Positions 10,184 through 20,034 of a stretch of DNA of 64,000 nucleotides are shown piece after piece. Each line of letters starts with the position of its first letter. The stretch's first letter is position 1. Under the pieces are notes generated by a model. That model was not told the origin of the DNA. It saw only the letters and a program-made list of their open reading frames with translations, and made no database searches. Source of the stretch: an uncultured bacterium (lineage in GTDB: Bacteria > Margulisbacteria > WOR-1 > CAVSGV01); the NCBI GenBank assembly GCA_963768305.1, contig CAVYHE010000009.1, positions 96,001 through 160,000 on the forward strand, given 5' to 3'. The position numbers and the translations under genes are program-made.

Positions 10184-10669
10184 CTATTCCGTAGCCGCCT
10201 GCGCTCCCGCTTTAACGGCAGGGTAAAAAAGCGGCGCGAGCGCGCAATTATAAAAACAGGAAATTATAAGCGTTACCGCAAGGACGAAGGGCGAAGCGAC
10301 CGGTCTTTCAAAAAAGAAGAAGAGAAGCGCGGCATCCAGGATGAACGCGGTGACGGTCGCGACAAAGACAGCCGTCAACGCTATCCCTTCTTCGGTCCCG
10401 AAAACACTTTCCTTGAACGTTCCCATAAGGAACCCGAGAAGCGCCCGGGATAAAATATGGATATAGAACGTTCCTCCGAGCAGGTCTTGAGTCAGTCCGC
10501 AGAACATGCCGATAAGGAATCCTTTTTCAGGGCCGTAAACCACGGCAAAAAGCGCGGTTATGATGAGCAAAAGATCGGCTTTTACTCCGAAAACGGAAAG
10601 CCTGGCCATGATGGTGATCTGGAATATATACGTGAAAATTATCGCGAGCGCGATCTTGAACGTTCTCAT
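10184..10669 (-). CDS. mreD: Rod shape-determining protein MreD
   Basis: Hydrophobic 161 aa with ADLLLI and GLTQDLL; between mreC and mrdA. Confidence 0.9.
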   Translation of the reverse strand: MRTFKIALAIIFTYIFQITIMARLSVFGVKADLLLIITALFAVVYGPEKGFLIGMFCGLTQDLLGGTFYIHILSRALLGFLMGTFKESVFGTEEGIALTAVFVATVTAFILDAALLFFFFERPVASPFVLAVTLIISCFYNCALAPLFYPAVKAGAQAATE

Positions 10670-11492
10670 TTATTTTGCGACCACGAAAACCTTGTCGAGC
10701 TTAGAGAAGATCACCGCCGCGTTCACGTCCACTTTCTGGAAGATATCGTAATCTCTTTTGCTGACGGACCTGACGGTGCCGATGAGTATCCCTTTCGGAA
10801 AAATGTCGCTCATCCCTGATGTCACGATCTTGTCGCCTTCCTTTATCGCTGCGGTCGCCGACATGTATTGAATTTTAAGCGGCCCGATGGAATTGCCCGC
10901 CGCTATCCCCATGTCCCCGGTAGCGGAGTCAAGCGCCGAAACAGCGGATGACGGATCGGTTATGAGCAGGACTTTGGATGAGTTCTTTGAAACATCGAAG
11001 ATCCTCCCTACAAGGCCTTCCTCGTTCAGGACCGCGCTGTCGAGAAAAACATTGTCTTCGGAATCCTCTGTTTATCTCCACGATATTGAACCAGCTGCTT
11101 CCCGACCTTCCGATTATTTCCGCGGGCAAGAGCCGAAGGACAAAACTTCTTGCGCGGAAAGAGAGCGCCAGGCGAAGTTTTTCATTTTCCGCGGAGAGAT
11201 TATCAAGAAGGACTGATCTTGCCTTGTATTCTTTCAGCTCCGCCGATAATCCCTCATTCTCTTTCTCCGCGCTTTTCAGGGCGTAAATATTGCCAAAAAA
11301 AGATGTTGTATTATTGTACAGGCCGTTAAAGACATATTTCACCGGAAATGCGACAGCGCCCGCCAGCGATCTGGCGGCATGGAGAGGACTTGAACGTTTT
11401 ACAGACGGGATGTTAAGTATGACGACGAAGATGACAAGAATAACCATCCAGAAGTAAATGCTTTTTCTTCTTCCGCTTTCGTGGTAATACAT
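10670..11492 (-). CDS. mreC: Rod shape-determining protein MreC, one frameshift near 11065
   Basis: TM helix, coiled coil ENEKLRLAL, AEIIGRS; after the shift GLVGRI...VLLITD and GDKIVTSGMSDIFPKGILIG. Confidence 0.92.
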
Positions 11493-11516
11493 ATCCTTCT
11501 GATCTTTAAAATTCCC

Positions 11517-12560
11517 TTAAAAGCCTTTTTTTGACGTTATCAGGACTTTTTTAAGTGTTTCAAGCTCGTCGAGCACTTTTCCGCAGCCGTAAACAACGCA
11601 TGACATTGGATCGTCAACCACGTAAACTGACATATCCGTTTCCTGGCTAAGATGCTTATCCAGGCCTCTAAGCAGAGAGCCGCCTCCCGCCATTACAACA
11701 CCTCTGTCAATGATATCGGCCGCAAGTTCCGGCGGTGTTTTTTCCAATGTCATCCTGACGGCGTCAACGATCGTGGCGACAGGCTCCGAAAGCGCATCCC
11801 TGATCTCGGATGAAGTCAGTGTTAATGTTTTCGGCAGCCCTGTTACGAGGTCCCTGCCTCTTACTTCAACTGTTCTTTCTTCGCCGAGAGGATACGCGGA
11901 ACCAATATCAATTTTGATCTGCTCCGCAGTTCTTTCGCCGATGAGCAGGTTGTAATTTTTTCTGCAATGCGCGACTATCGCCTCGTCCATTTCGTCGCCG
12001 GCGACCCTTATGGATTTGGAAACCACTATTCCTCCGAGAGCTAATATCGCGACCTCGGTCGTCCCTCCGCCGATATCGACGATCATTGAGCCCGCCGGTT
12101 CTGAAACAGGCAGGTTCGCACCGATAGCTGCAGCCATCGGCTCTTCAATTAAATATGCTTCTCTCGCTCCCGCGTGCATCGCTGCATCAAGGACAGCTCG
12201 TTTTTCAACTCCGGTTATCCCCGACGGAACTCCAATGACTATACGCGGCCTGACGAAAGCGGTTCTGTTATGGCTCTTGCCTATGAAATGCCTGAGCATC
12301 ATTTCTGTCACTTCGAAATCTGCTATAACGCCGTCCCTCATCGGCCTTACGGCGATGATGTTCCCCGGCGTCCTTCCCAGCATTCCTTTCGCTTCGTTCC
12401 CGATGGCAATGACCTTGCCTTTTTCTTTTTCTATGGCAACTACGGATGGTTCGCATAAAATGATGCCTTCGCCTTTGGCGTACACAAGGGTCGTGGCTGT
12501 CCCGAGGTCTATCCCCAGGTCCCTGGAAAAATATCCGAAAACAAAATCATAGAAACTCAT
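11517..12560 (-). CDS. mreB: Rod shape-determining protein MreB
   Basis: [25 protein letters not shown] and [13 protein letters not shown] 12560 with GGAGG RBS. Confidence 0.98.
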   Translation of the reverse strand: MSFYDFVFGYFSRDLGIDLGTATTLVYAKGEGIILCEPSVVAIEKEKGKVIAIGNEAKGMLGRTPGNIIAVRPMRDGVIADFEVTEMMLRHFIGKSHNRTAFVRPRIVIGVPSGITGVEKRAVLDAAMHAGAREAYLIEEPMAAAIGANLPVSEPAGSMIVDIGGGTTEVAILALGGIVVSKSIRVAGDEMDEAIVAHCRKNYNLLIGERTAEQIKIDIGSAYPLGEERTVEVRGRDLVTGLPKTLTLTSSEIRDALSEPVATIVDAVRMTLEKTPPELAADIIDRGVVMAGGGSLLRGLDKHLSQETDMSVYVVDDPMSCVVYGCGKVLDELETLKKVLITSKKGF

Positions 12561-12622
12561 ATTTATCCTTCCTCCCAATTCCTGTAATTAAACGGAATTT
12601 TCTTAATTAATACTGGCAGAAA

Positions 12623-13363
12623 TTATTCAAGAATTACAGAGGGGATGATCCCTTTGCTCTCTAATTTTGCCACCAGCGGATCCGCTTTTTCCCTGCTGTC
12701 GAACGCTCCGGTCTGAACTCTGTAAAGGCCGGAAAGCACTTTCACGTAAGCGGTGAATCCTTTAACTTTCAGCGACTTGACAAAAGAAGTGGCTTCATCC
12801 GCGGTCTTGAAAGTGCCGACTATGACCTTGTAAAATTTGCCGCCTTTTGTTTTTGCGACCGGGACCTTAACCGCCTTCGGGACCTTAACCGCCTTTTTAA
12901 CGGCGGCGATCTTCCTTGATTCCGAGGATCGTATCCTTTTTGCAGCTAAAACTTTCTTTAAAGACACCGGCTTCGGGATCCCGGATTTGACCTGGACTTC
13001 CTTTATCTCTTTTTCTTCGATCGCCGGCTCCTCCTCAACAGGAGTAGCTTTTTCGAGATCGAGCCTGGAAATGGCTTTTGGAGCTGGCATCTCAAGTGAA
13101 GGGAAGTTTTTGATGGGCGGCACAAGGACCTTTTTCCCTATAAGGAAGGACATCCAGAAGCTCCCTACTACTATGCCGATAAGGAGTATCCCGATAAAAA
13201 AGTTCTTTATGAAATCCCCTCCGCCGGACCTTCGGATATCATCGGAAACATCGCGTCTTTGATAATCGGCTTCGGCATCAGAGCTGGCCAGGTCGTCAAT
13301 TATCCTTTTTTGCGTGAAGTCCTTGTCTTTAAGAAGGTCCCTTAGATCTTTTCTTTCGCCCAT
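12623..13363 (-). CDS. SPOR-domain cell division protein
   Basis: Single TM, Lys/Pro linker, C-terminal YKVIVGTF...YRVQTGAF SPOR pattern; downstream of folC. Confidence 0.85.
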   Translation of the reverse strand: MGERKDLRDLLKDKDFTQKRIIDDLASSDAEADYQRRDVSDDIRRSGGGDFIKNFFIGILLIGIVVGSFWMSFLIGKKVLVPPIKNFPSLEMPAPKAISRLDLEKATPVEEEPAIEEKEIKEVQVKSGIPKPVSLKKVLAAKRIRSSESRKIAAVKKAVKVPKAVKVPVAKTKGGKFYKVIVGTFKTADEATSFVKSLKVKGFTAYVKVLSGLYRVQTGAFDSREKADPLVAKLESKGIIPSVILE

Positions 13364-13387
13364 TTGAGACAGTAATTATACAAAAAA

Positions 13388-14578
13388 TCAGCCTTGCAAG
13401 TCAAGCTGTATCATATCCCCGACAAGATAAAGCGAGCCTGTGATACATACCGGGTGTCCGATTTTTTTTGCCATCATTACCGCATTTCTCAGATCCTTGG
13501 TGATGACAGCGTACCCGCCTGCATTTTCAATTTTTTCGGCAACAATTTTATTTGATAGCGCATTCGGATGGCTGGATTTAACGGCAATGAACTGATCTGC
13601 AATTGGCTTGATTACCCCGATAAAATCATCGACATTCTTATTCGCTTGCATACCGATGATGAACGTGAACCTTTTCTTTAAACTTGAAAGATATTTAAAT
13701 AATGCGCGCGCTCCCGCGGGATTATGCGCACCATCTAATATCATCAGGGGCTTTTTGCCCGCGATCTGCAATCTTCCCGGCCAATAAGCGCGCCGCAGTC
13801 CCCTATTCAACTGCTCATGACCGATCTTGATCCCAAGTTTCCTTAATACTTTTACGCTTGATATGACCGTTTTTGTGTTCCATTTCTGGTGGTTCCCAAG
13901 GAACGGAACATATTTAATTTTATCCCTATCCGACCTGATGAATTTCGATCCCATTCGCTTACATATATTACGCAGAATGCGTCTAGCTTTTACTTCACCG
14001 GTAACAAGCGGAACGCCGGGCTTGATTATCCCGCCCTTTTCTTTCGCTATCTTGCTGATCGAATTACCCAGAACATCAGTGTGATCCAGTTCGATATTAG
14101 TAATGATCGATAATATCGGGGTTATCACGTTCGTCGCATCCAGCCTGCCGCCCAGCCCGACCTCGATTATGGCAATATCCACTTTTTCCTGTGATAAAAG
14201 CAGGAACGATGCTGCGGTCAGTACTTCAAATTCCGTAAGGTCAAGTTCCGGAAGCTCATCGATGATTTTTTTGACTTTTTCGACGGCACCGGCAAATTTC
14301 ACTCTGGATATATCCTTTTCATTTATCCGGAGGCGTTCGGTGTAATCCACAAGATGCGGGGAAGTATAAAGCCCGACTTTGTAACCCGACCGGTTCAATA
14401 CCGATGACAGCATGGCCGCGACGGAACCCTTCCCGTTCGTGCCGGCAATATGTATCGATCTGAAATCATTCTGGGGATCGCCGAGATGGGAGAGAAGAGC
14501 GCTTATCCTTTCCAGTCCGAGCCGCATGCCCATTTTCTGGAAGCTTTCCAGATATTCAACGGCGCGGGGATAATTCAT
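13388..14578 (-). CDS. folC: Folylpolyglutamate synthase/dihydrofolate synthase
   Basis: HIAGTNGKGS, YTSPHL, EVGLGGRLDATNV, WPGR and LDGAHN. Confidence 0.96.
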   Translation of the reverse strand: MNYPRAVEYLESFQKMGMRLGLERISALLSHLGDPQNDFRSIHIAGTNGKGSVAAMLSSVLNRSGYKVGLYTSPHLVDYTERLRINEKDISRVKFAGAVEKVKKIIDELPELDLTEFEVLTAASFLLLSQEKVDIAIIEVGLGGRLDATNVITPILSIITNIELDHTDVLGNSISKIAKEKGGIIKPGVPLVTGEVKARRILRNICKRMGSKFIRSDRDKIKYVPFLGNHQKWNTKTVISSVKVLRKLGIKIGHEQLNRGLRRAYWPGRLQIAGKKPLMILDGAHNPAGARALFKYLSSLKKRFTFIIGMQANKNVDDFIGVIKPIADQFIAVKSSHPNALSNKIVAEKIENAGGYAVITKDLRNAVMMAKKIGHPVCITGSLYLVGDMIQLDLQG

Positions 14579-15163
14579 CTGGTTATGATCCTGAAAATGA
14601 CCGAGATTATTTCCATCAATAAATATGAGGTAGGCGGAAAGATAAGGATGAATATCAGGATGAAAAATCCGTATTGTTCGAACATTCGCCGGTATTCATA
14701 CGGGATGAACGGCTCCAGGATGTGCGAACCGTCCAGCGGCGGCACGGGCAGCAGATTGAAAACAGCAAGCGCCAGATTTATCCAGATAAAATAATCAAAG
14801 GTCTGCCCGACATAATATCCGTACGGAAGAGAAGCGAAATTCATAATATTGTGCAGCCTGGCAACTATGAACGCCGCCAGAAAATTCGATGCGGGTCCGG
14901 CAAATGATACCACCATTTCCCCTCTTCCGGGGTTCCTGAAATTGTATGGATTTATGGGGACCGGCTTCGCCCAACCGAACCTCACGAGAAAAAGCATGAT
15001 AAATCCTATCGGATCGATGTGCTTTATCGGATTCAGCGACAATCTACCGGCGAGCCGCGGGGTCGGATCGCCGAGCGCCGTTGCAGCCGCCGCATGAGAG
15101 AACTCATGTATGGTTATCGCGAACAAAGATGATCACGAAAACGGATATGATCATCATTGTCAT
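14575..15163 (-). CDS. Site-2 protease (M50 family); N-terminus frameshifted
   Basis: HEFSH, GWAKPVP, AGPASN and FNLLPVPPLDG motifs. Confidence 0.92.
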
Positions 15164-15167
15164 GTTT

Positions 15168-16028
15168 TTACGCCCTCGGATGCGCCGCCAGGTAAACTTT
15201 TTTGAGGCGCTCCCTGCTCACGCTGGTATATATTTGCGTTGTGGAAATATCGCTGTGGCCCAGCATTTCCTGCACGCACCTGAGGTCCGCGCCGCCTTCC
15301 AGAAGATGCGTCGCGAAAGAATGCCGCAGAGTGTGGGGAGAAGCGCTGGCCCGGACCCCTGATAATTTAACATATTTTTTCACAATGAACCACAGCCCCT
15401 GCCGCGTGAACTGACCGCCGAGATGATCCAGAAAAAGGATGTTCGTCGCTGCATTTGGACGCGAGTTCTTTATGTATTCCCTTATCGCCGATACCGCGCC
15501 GGCGCCTACGGGAATTATCCTTTCTTTTCCGCCTTTCCCGAAGCATTTAACAAAGCCAACATCCAAATTGACGTCGTTCAGCGTCAAAGTTATCAGTTCC
15601 GATGCTCTGATACCCGTCGCATACAGCAATTCCATAATTGCTTTATCCCTGGCGGACGAGGGGCATTCGACAAGATTTTTCGCTTCGTTCATGGTCAGCG
15701 CTTTAGGAAGCTTTTTGCCTTTTCTGGGAAGTTTAATATTTGATGTGGGATTGGACTGGACATGGCCTTCGCGTATCAAAAAAGCGAAAAATGATTTTAC
15801 CGCGGCAATGTGCCTTTCAATGCTGGCCGGATCCAGACCCATCTGAGAGAGCTCCGTAATAAAAGAACTGACGGCAGGCCTTGTGATCGCGCTTACGCTA
15901 TCGATCCGAGAAGCCTGTAAATGTTTGACAAAATGCGCGAGGTCCCTCTTATAAGAGGATATGGTATTGTCGCTGTATCCCCTTTCATACTTGAGGTGGC
16001 TCGAAAATTCTTCGATCAGTTTTTCCAC
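15168..16028 (-). CDS. xerD: Tyrosine recombinase XerD (probable GTG start at 16028)
   Basis: LYATGIRASEL, GKGGKER, SPHTLRHSFATHLLEGGADLR and LGHSDISTTQIY; follows nudF. Confidence 0.92.
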   Translation of the reverse strand: MEKLIEEFSSHLKYERGYSDNTISSYKRDLAHFVKHLQASRIDSVSAITRPAVSSFITELSQMGLDPASIERHIAAVKSFFAFLIREGHVQSNPTSNIKLPRKGKKLPKALTMNEAKNLVECPSSARDKAIMELLYATGIRASELITLTLNDVNLDVGFVKCFGKGGKERIIPVGAGAVSAIREYIKNSRPNAATNILFLDHLGGQFTRQGLWFIVKKYVKLSGVRASASPHTLRHSFATHLLEGGADLRCVQEMLGHSDISTTQIYTSVSRERLKKVYLAAHPRA

Positions 16029-16050
16029 TATTTTAGATCTCCATAAACCT

Positions 16051-16113
16051 GGAACCTGCGAATAAATTCGCGGTTCCATTTTGTGAGGAACCGAGACTTC
16101 AGTCTCAGGTTCC
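16051..16113. repeat. REP-like palindrome doublet in inverted orientation
   Basis: GGAACCtGCGAATaaATTCGCGGTTCC (16051-16077) and GGAACCGAGACTtcAGTCTCaGGTTCC (16087-16113). Confidence 0.6.
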
Positions 16114-16120
16114 GAACAAA

Positions 16121-16648
16121 TCAGGATATTAGGTAATTCGCCAGCAATATCCCCAAAGCCGTTTTATTGTCCTTTATCTTGCCGGACTTCAACATCTTAA
16201 GGCATTGTTCCAATGAATACAGCTCGACTTTTATGATTTCGTCAAAATCGCAGCTCTGTTTTGTCTTTTTAAGGCCGGTCGCGAGATATAAACTGATAAC
16301 TTCTGTGCTGTAGCCGGGAGAAGAATACCCCGCGAAAACTTCCTTGATCTTGCCTGCCGTATACCCGGTTTCTTCAGTTAATTCACGTTTTGCACCGTTG
16401 ATATTGCTTTCTCCTTTATGAACAAGTCCTGCTGGAATTTCCAGTAATACTTTTCCTGCTGATTTCCTGAACTGGCGGATGAGGACCATTTTTTTGTCCT
16501 TTGTTATCGCTATTATCGCCACGGCACCGGGATGCTCCACTATCTCTCTTTTGGAAATAACCCCGTTATCAAGTTTTACGGTGTCCTCTCTTAAACCTAT
16601 TATCCTTCCATTGAATATTCTTCTTGTCTTCAATGTTCTCTCTCTCAT
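16121..16648 (-). CDS. nudF: NUDIX hydrolase, ADP-ribose pyrophosphatase type
   Basis: REIVEHPGAVA, LEIPAG...AKRELTEETGY Nudix box, SSPG and IKDNKT. Confidence 0.9.
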   Translation of the reverse strand: MRERTLKTRRIFNGRIIGLREDTVKLDNGVISKREIVEHPGAVAIIAITKDKKMVLIRQFRKSAGKVLLEIPAGLVHKGESNINGAKRELTEETGYTAGKIKEVFAGYSSPGYSTEVISLYLATGLKKTKQSCDFDEIIKVELYSLEQCLKMLKSGKIKDNKTALGILLANYLIS

Positions 16649-17761
16649 TTAACGCTCTCCTTGATGATATTCAATATCAATCTTGCTCCCATCGCCATTT
16701 CATCGATGGAAAGGTTCTCTTTTTTCGTGTGGACATTGATCCGCGCCGACGCCGAGGATGAGGCACGGCAGCGCCATTGACGCGAAAATATTCGCATCGC
16801 TGCCGCCCCCTGTGGCTTTTACCTTTATCTTTAATCCGATATCTTTCGCGGCTCTCTTAGCAATGATCAATGATTTGTGACCCCCCGGGATCTCGAACGC
16901 GCGATAAGCGGGCGTGACATGGAAATGCAGCTTTGCGCCATATTTTACGCATGCCTTACGCAGGACATTTCCCATATGAAAGATCTGGCGCTTTAATTTA
17001 TTTAAATCATGGCTCCTTGCTTCACCTTTCAAAGTTACAGTCTCAGGAATGATGTTCGTCGCTATGCCGCCCTGAATAATTCCGATGTTCGCCGTGGTCT
17101 CAAAGTTTATCCTTCCGAGTTTCATTTTTGAAATAGCTTCTGACGCGACCTTGATAGCGTTTATGCCATGCTCGGGGTGTACCCCCGCATGGGCCGCGCG
17201 CCCGGTTATCCGGACTTCAATTGAATCCTGAGAAGGAGCTTTATTGATAATTTCATTCACATCCCCGCCGTCCAGAACATAGCCAAATTTCGCCTTGATC
17301 AGTTCCCTTTTGATGAATTTTGAGCCCATCAAGCCTATCTCTTCCGCGACAGTGAAAAGAACATCGATGTCACCATGCGGCAGATTTTGCTCCTTCAAAA
17401 TCTTGAGTATCTCAATCATGACCGCGACGCCGGCCTTATTATCCGCGCCTAATACAGTAGTTCCGTCGCTATAGATCTTTCCATTCCGTATCTTCGGCTT
17501 GATGTTTTCGCCGGGCTCAACAGTATCAACATGCGCATTTAGAAGGATAGCGGGCGCGCTTTTTAAATTGCCCTTTAATCGAGTATAAAGGTTTCCGCAG
17601 TCGCCGCCGATACGCTTCCCCGCATTATCTTCGGAATACTTCATCCCCATTGCGGACAGCTCTTTCTTCAGGAGCTTCATGAACCTGGCCTCTTTTTTTG
17701 AAAGGCTGTCCACCTTTACATATTTAATGAAGCGCTTAACGAGTCTGCTCTTGTTTATCAA
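16645..17761 (-). CDS. M20 family peptidase (peptidase T-like); C-terminus frameshifted
   Basis: NAHVDTV, LGADNKAG, EEIG, AAHAG and GGGSDAN; the shifted frame gives NVHTKKE; TTG start overlaps the thiL stop. Confidence 0.9.
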
Positions 17762-18690
17762 AAGTGATCGTACCCTCCGTATTTCATTATCGAGCATCGG
17801 CCCCTGCCGTCAATAACTTCGATCCTTCGCTTTTTCGTGATCTCACCTATAATTATACCTTTTTTCAAAAATTTAGCTTTGGTTTTAGGAACGGTCAATA
17901 TCAAATTATAATCTTCTCCGCCGTCGAATCCGTCCTTCAAGGTGGCGCCTTTTGCAAGCGGAATAGCGTTCAAATTGATCCTGGCACCGACATTGCTTGC
18001 CTTGCATATTTCAATAAGGCATCTGGCAAGCCCGTCGCTGTTATCTATCATCGAAGTGGCGTATTTCGACGCCTCCGATCCTTCTTTGATCATCGGAAGA
18101 GGCATAAGATGACTCAGCGCTTGAGCCTTCAACGATCGCAATGCTTTTCTTCCGTCCTTTTTTAAATATCTCAAACCGACGGATGAGCCGCCAAGTTTTC
18201 CTATTGAAACGATCATGTCCCCTGGTCTCGCCCCGCTTCTTTTTACGATCTTATCCGCTTCGCCGTAAAGGTCCATGGTAAAAAAAAGACTTTTCGGAGA
18301 GCTGACAATATCTCCGCCAACGATCGATATATGATGCTTCCGGGCCAGTGCTTTAACCCCTTTATAGAACCGGGTGATGTTTAAGGTGCTGATCGTGTTT
18401 TTCAGTCCTAAAGTTATCAGCGCGTATTTCGGAGAGCCTCCCATCGCCGCGATATCCGAGACATTGATAGCCATCAACTTCCATCCGAGTTCAAAATAAG
18501 AAAAATATCTGAGATCGAAATGGACTTTTTCGACGAGAGTGTCTGTGGTCATCAGGAGATATTTTTTGGACGGACGCCTGATAACGGCTGTGTCATCGCC
18601 TATCCCGATGATAACGTTGCTGTCTTTGATCGCATTGGCTCTTTTGATCTTTTCGATAAGCCCAAATTCACCGGTCTCCGAGATCTTCAT
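17758..18690 (-). CDS. thiL: Thiamine-monophosphate kinase
   Basis: MKISETGEFGLI, GIGDDTA, NVSDIAAMGG, DNSDGL and GGEDY. Confidence 0.95.
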   Translation of the reverse strand: MKISETGEFGLIEKIKRANAIKDSNVIIGIGDDTAVIRRPSKKYLLMTTDTLVEKVHFDLRYFSYFELGWKLMAINVSDIAAMGGSPKYALITLGLKNTISTLNITRFYKGVKALARKHHISIVGGDIVSSPKSLFFTMDLYGEADKIVKRSGARPGDMIVSIGKLGGSSVGLRYLKKDGRKALRSLKAQALSHLMPLPMIKEGSEASKYATSMIDNSDGLARCLIEICKASNVGARINLNAIPLAKGATLKDGFDGGEDYNLILTVPKTKAKFLKKGIIIGEITKKRRIEVIDGRGRCSIMKYGGYDHF

Positions 18691-19937
18691 TTTTGTTTCT
18701 TTGATTCCGACACGACCTTCATCGCGCAGAATTCGCCGCACATCGTGCAAGTATCCGTCATCTTGGATGTCGATCTGGCATCCCGTATTCTTTCCGCGGT
18801 TTCGGGATCGATGGAAAGATCTATCTGCTTTTCCCAATTAAGCGCTTTCCTTGCTTTTGACATTTCCATGTCCCACTCTCTGGCTCCCTTGATACCTTTC
18901 ACGATATCGCCGATGTGCGCTGCTATCCTCGCAGCAATAATGCCGTCTTTCACATCGTCCAAGTTTGGTAATCCGAGATGTTCTGATGGAGTAACATAGC
19001 ACAAGAAATCCGCTCCAGCCGCAGCGGCGATCGATCCTCCGATGGCGGATGTGAGGTGGTCCCATCCGGGGGCAACATCTGTTGGAAGCGGCCCAAGGAC
19101 ATAGAATGGGGCTCCCTTGCATATCTTTTTCTCAAGCTTTATCTGATCTTCGATCATGTCCAATGGAACGTGGCCCGGGCCTTCAATTATGACCTGAACG
19201 CCCGCTTTGCGCGCTCTCTTTGCCAGTTGCCCAAGCACCTTTAATTCGCCCATCTGGAGCATGTCGCCAGCATCAGCGATGCAGCCGGGCCTCATCCCGT
19301 CGCCAAGGCTCAGCGTTACGCCGTATTCCTTAGCGATATCCAGCAGCCGGTCATATTCCTCATACAGCGGATTTTCCCTTTCCCAAATGGTCATCCATTT
19401 ATATAAGAATGCGCCTCCCCTGCTGACCACGTCCGTGACTCGCTTTTTGCCTTCCAGCTTTTTTATCAGTGACCTGGTCACGCCGCAATGGATGGTCATG
19501 AAATCCACGCCTGATCTTGCGTGTTTCTCTATGACGCTGAACATTATATCCGCGGTCATTTTCTCGATAGAGCCGGCTTCGATCGCCGCCTGATATATCG
19601 GCACAGTACCGACCGGAACTGTTGAAGCATTGATTATCGCCTGACGAATTTCATCAAGATCTCCGCCGACCGAAAGGTCCATTATCGCATCGGCCTTGTT
19701 CTTAAGGCAGATATCCACTTTTTCAAGTTCGGTGGAGAGGTCGTTAAATTCCTTTGAGGTTCCGATATTCGCATTGACCTTTGTGCGCATGCCTTTTCCC
19801 ACAGCCATGGGATGGAGGGGTGAATGTATCATATTGTAAGGGATGGCGATCTCGCCGGACCTTAAACCTCTTAATATTGTCCCTTCGGGGACTTTTTCCA
19901 GGCGCGCGATCTCGCTGATGACCTTTTTATTGAACAT
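18687..19937 (-). CDS. thiC: Phosphomethylpyrimidine synthase
   Basis: TKVNANIGTS, VGTVPIYQ, SRGG, LGDGMRPG, EGPGH and C-terminal CTMCGEFC Fe-S motif. Confidence 0.96.
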   Translation of the reverse strand: MFNKKVISEIARLEKVPEGTILRGLRSGEIAIPYNMIHSPLHPMAVGKGMRTKVNANIGTSKEFNDLSTELEKVDICLKNKADAIMDLSVGGDLDEIRQAIINASTVPVGTVPIYQAAIEAGSIEKMTADIMFSVIEKHARSGVDFMTIHCGVTRSLIKKLEGKKRVTDVVSRGGAFLYKWMTIWERENPLYEEYDRLLDIAKEYGVTLSLGDGMRPGCIADAGDMLQMGELKVLGQLAKRARKAGVQVIIEGPGHVPLDMIEDQIKLEKKICKGAPFYVLGPLPTDVAPGWDHLTSAIGGSIAAAAGADFLCYVTPSEHLGLPNLDDVKDGIIAARIAAHIGDIVKGIKGAREWDMEMSKARKALNWEKQIDLSIDPETAERIRDARSTSKMTDTCTMCGEFCAMKVVSESKKQK

Positions 19938-19943
19938 TACGGG

Positions 19944-19972
19944 ATTTTAACACAAGCGGGAGTTGGCTTCAA
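19944..19972 (-). promoter_or_regulatory. sigma70-type promoter giving a probably leaderless thiC mRNA
   Basis: TTGAAG-N17-TAAAAT (TGn extended), 6 nt before the ATG; no RBS. Confidence 0.65.
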
Positions 19973-19978
19973 TTGAAC

Positions 19979-20015
19979 AAAAAAAGCGGGCTTTTGGTTA
20001 TTATGCCCGCTTTTT
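19979..20015. terminator. Intrinsic terminator after the SLH gene
   Basis: AAAAAAAGCGGGC-N13-GCCCGCTTTTT inverted repeat with T-tracts on both strands. Confidence 0.8.
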
Positions 20016-20034
20016 AAATTTGATTACTAAATCT

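Noticed and set aside
4178..11492. flgG and mreC as true pseudogenes or programmed frameshifts
   Set aside because: Indels are window-wide and hit likely essential genes; sequencing error is more parsimonious
15168..16028. Tyrosine recombinase as a prophage or island integrase
   Set aside because: Sequence and nudF-adjacent context match housekeeping XerD; no att sites or mobile genes nearby
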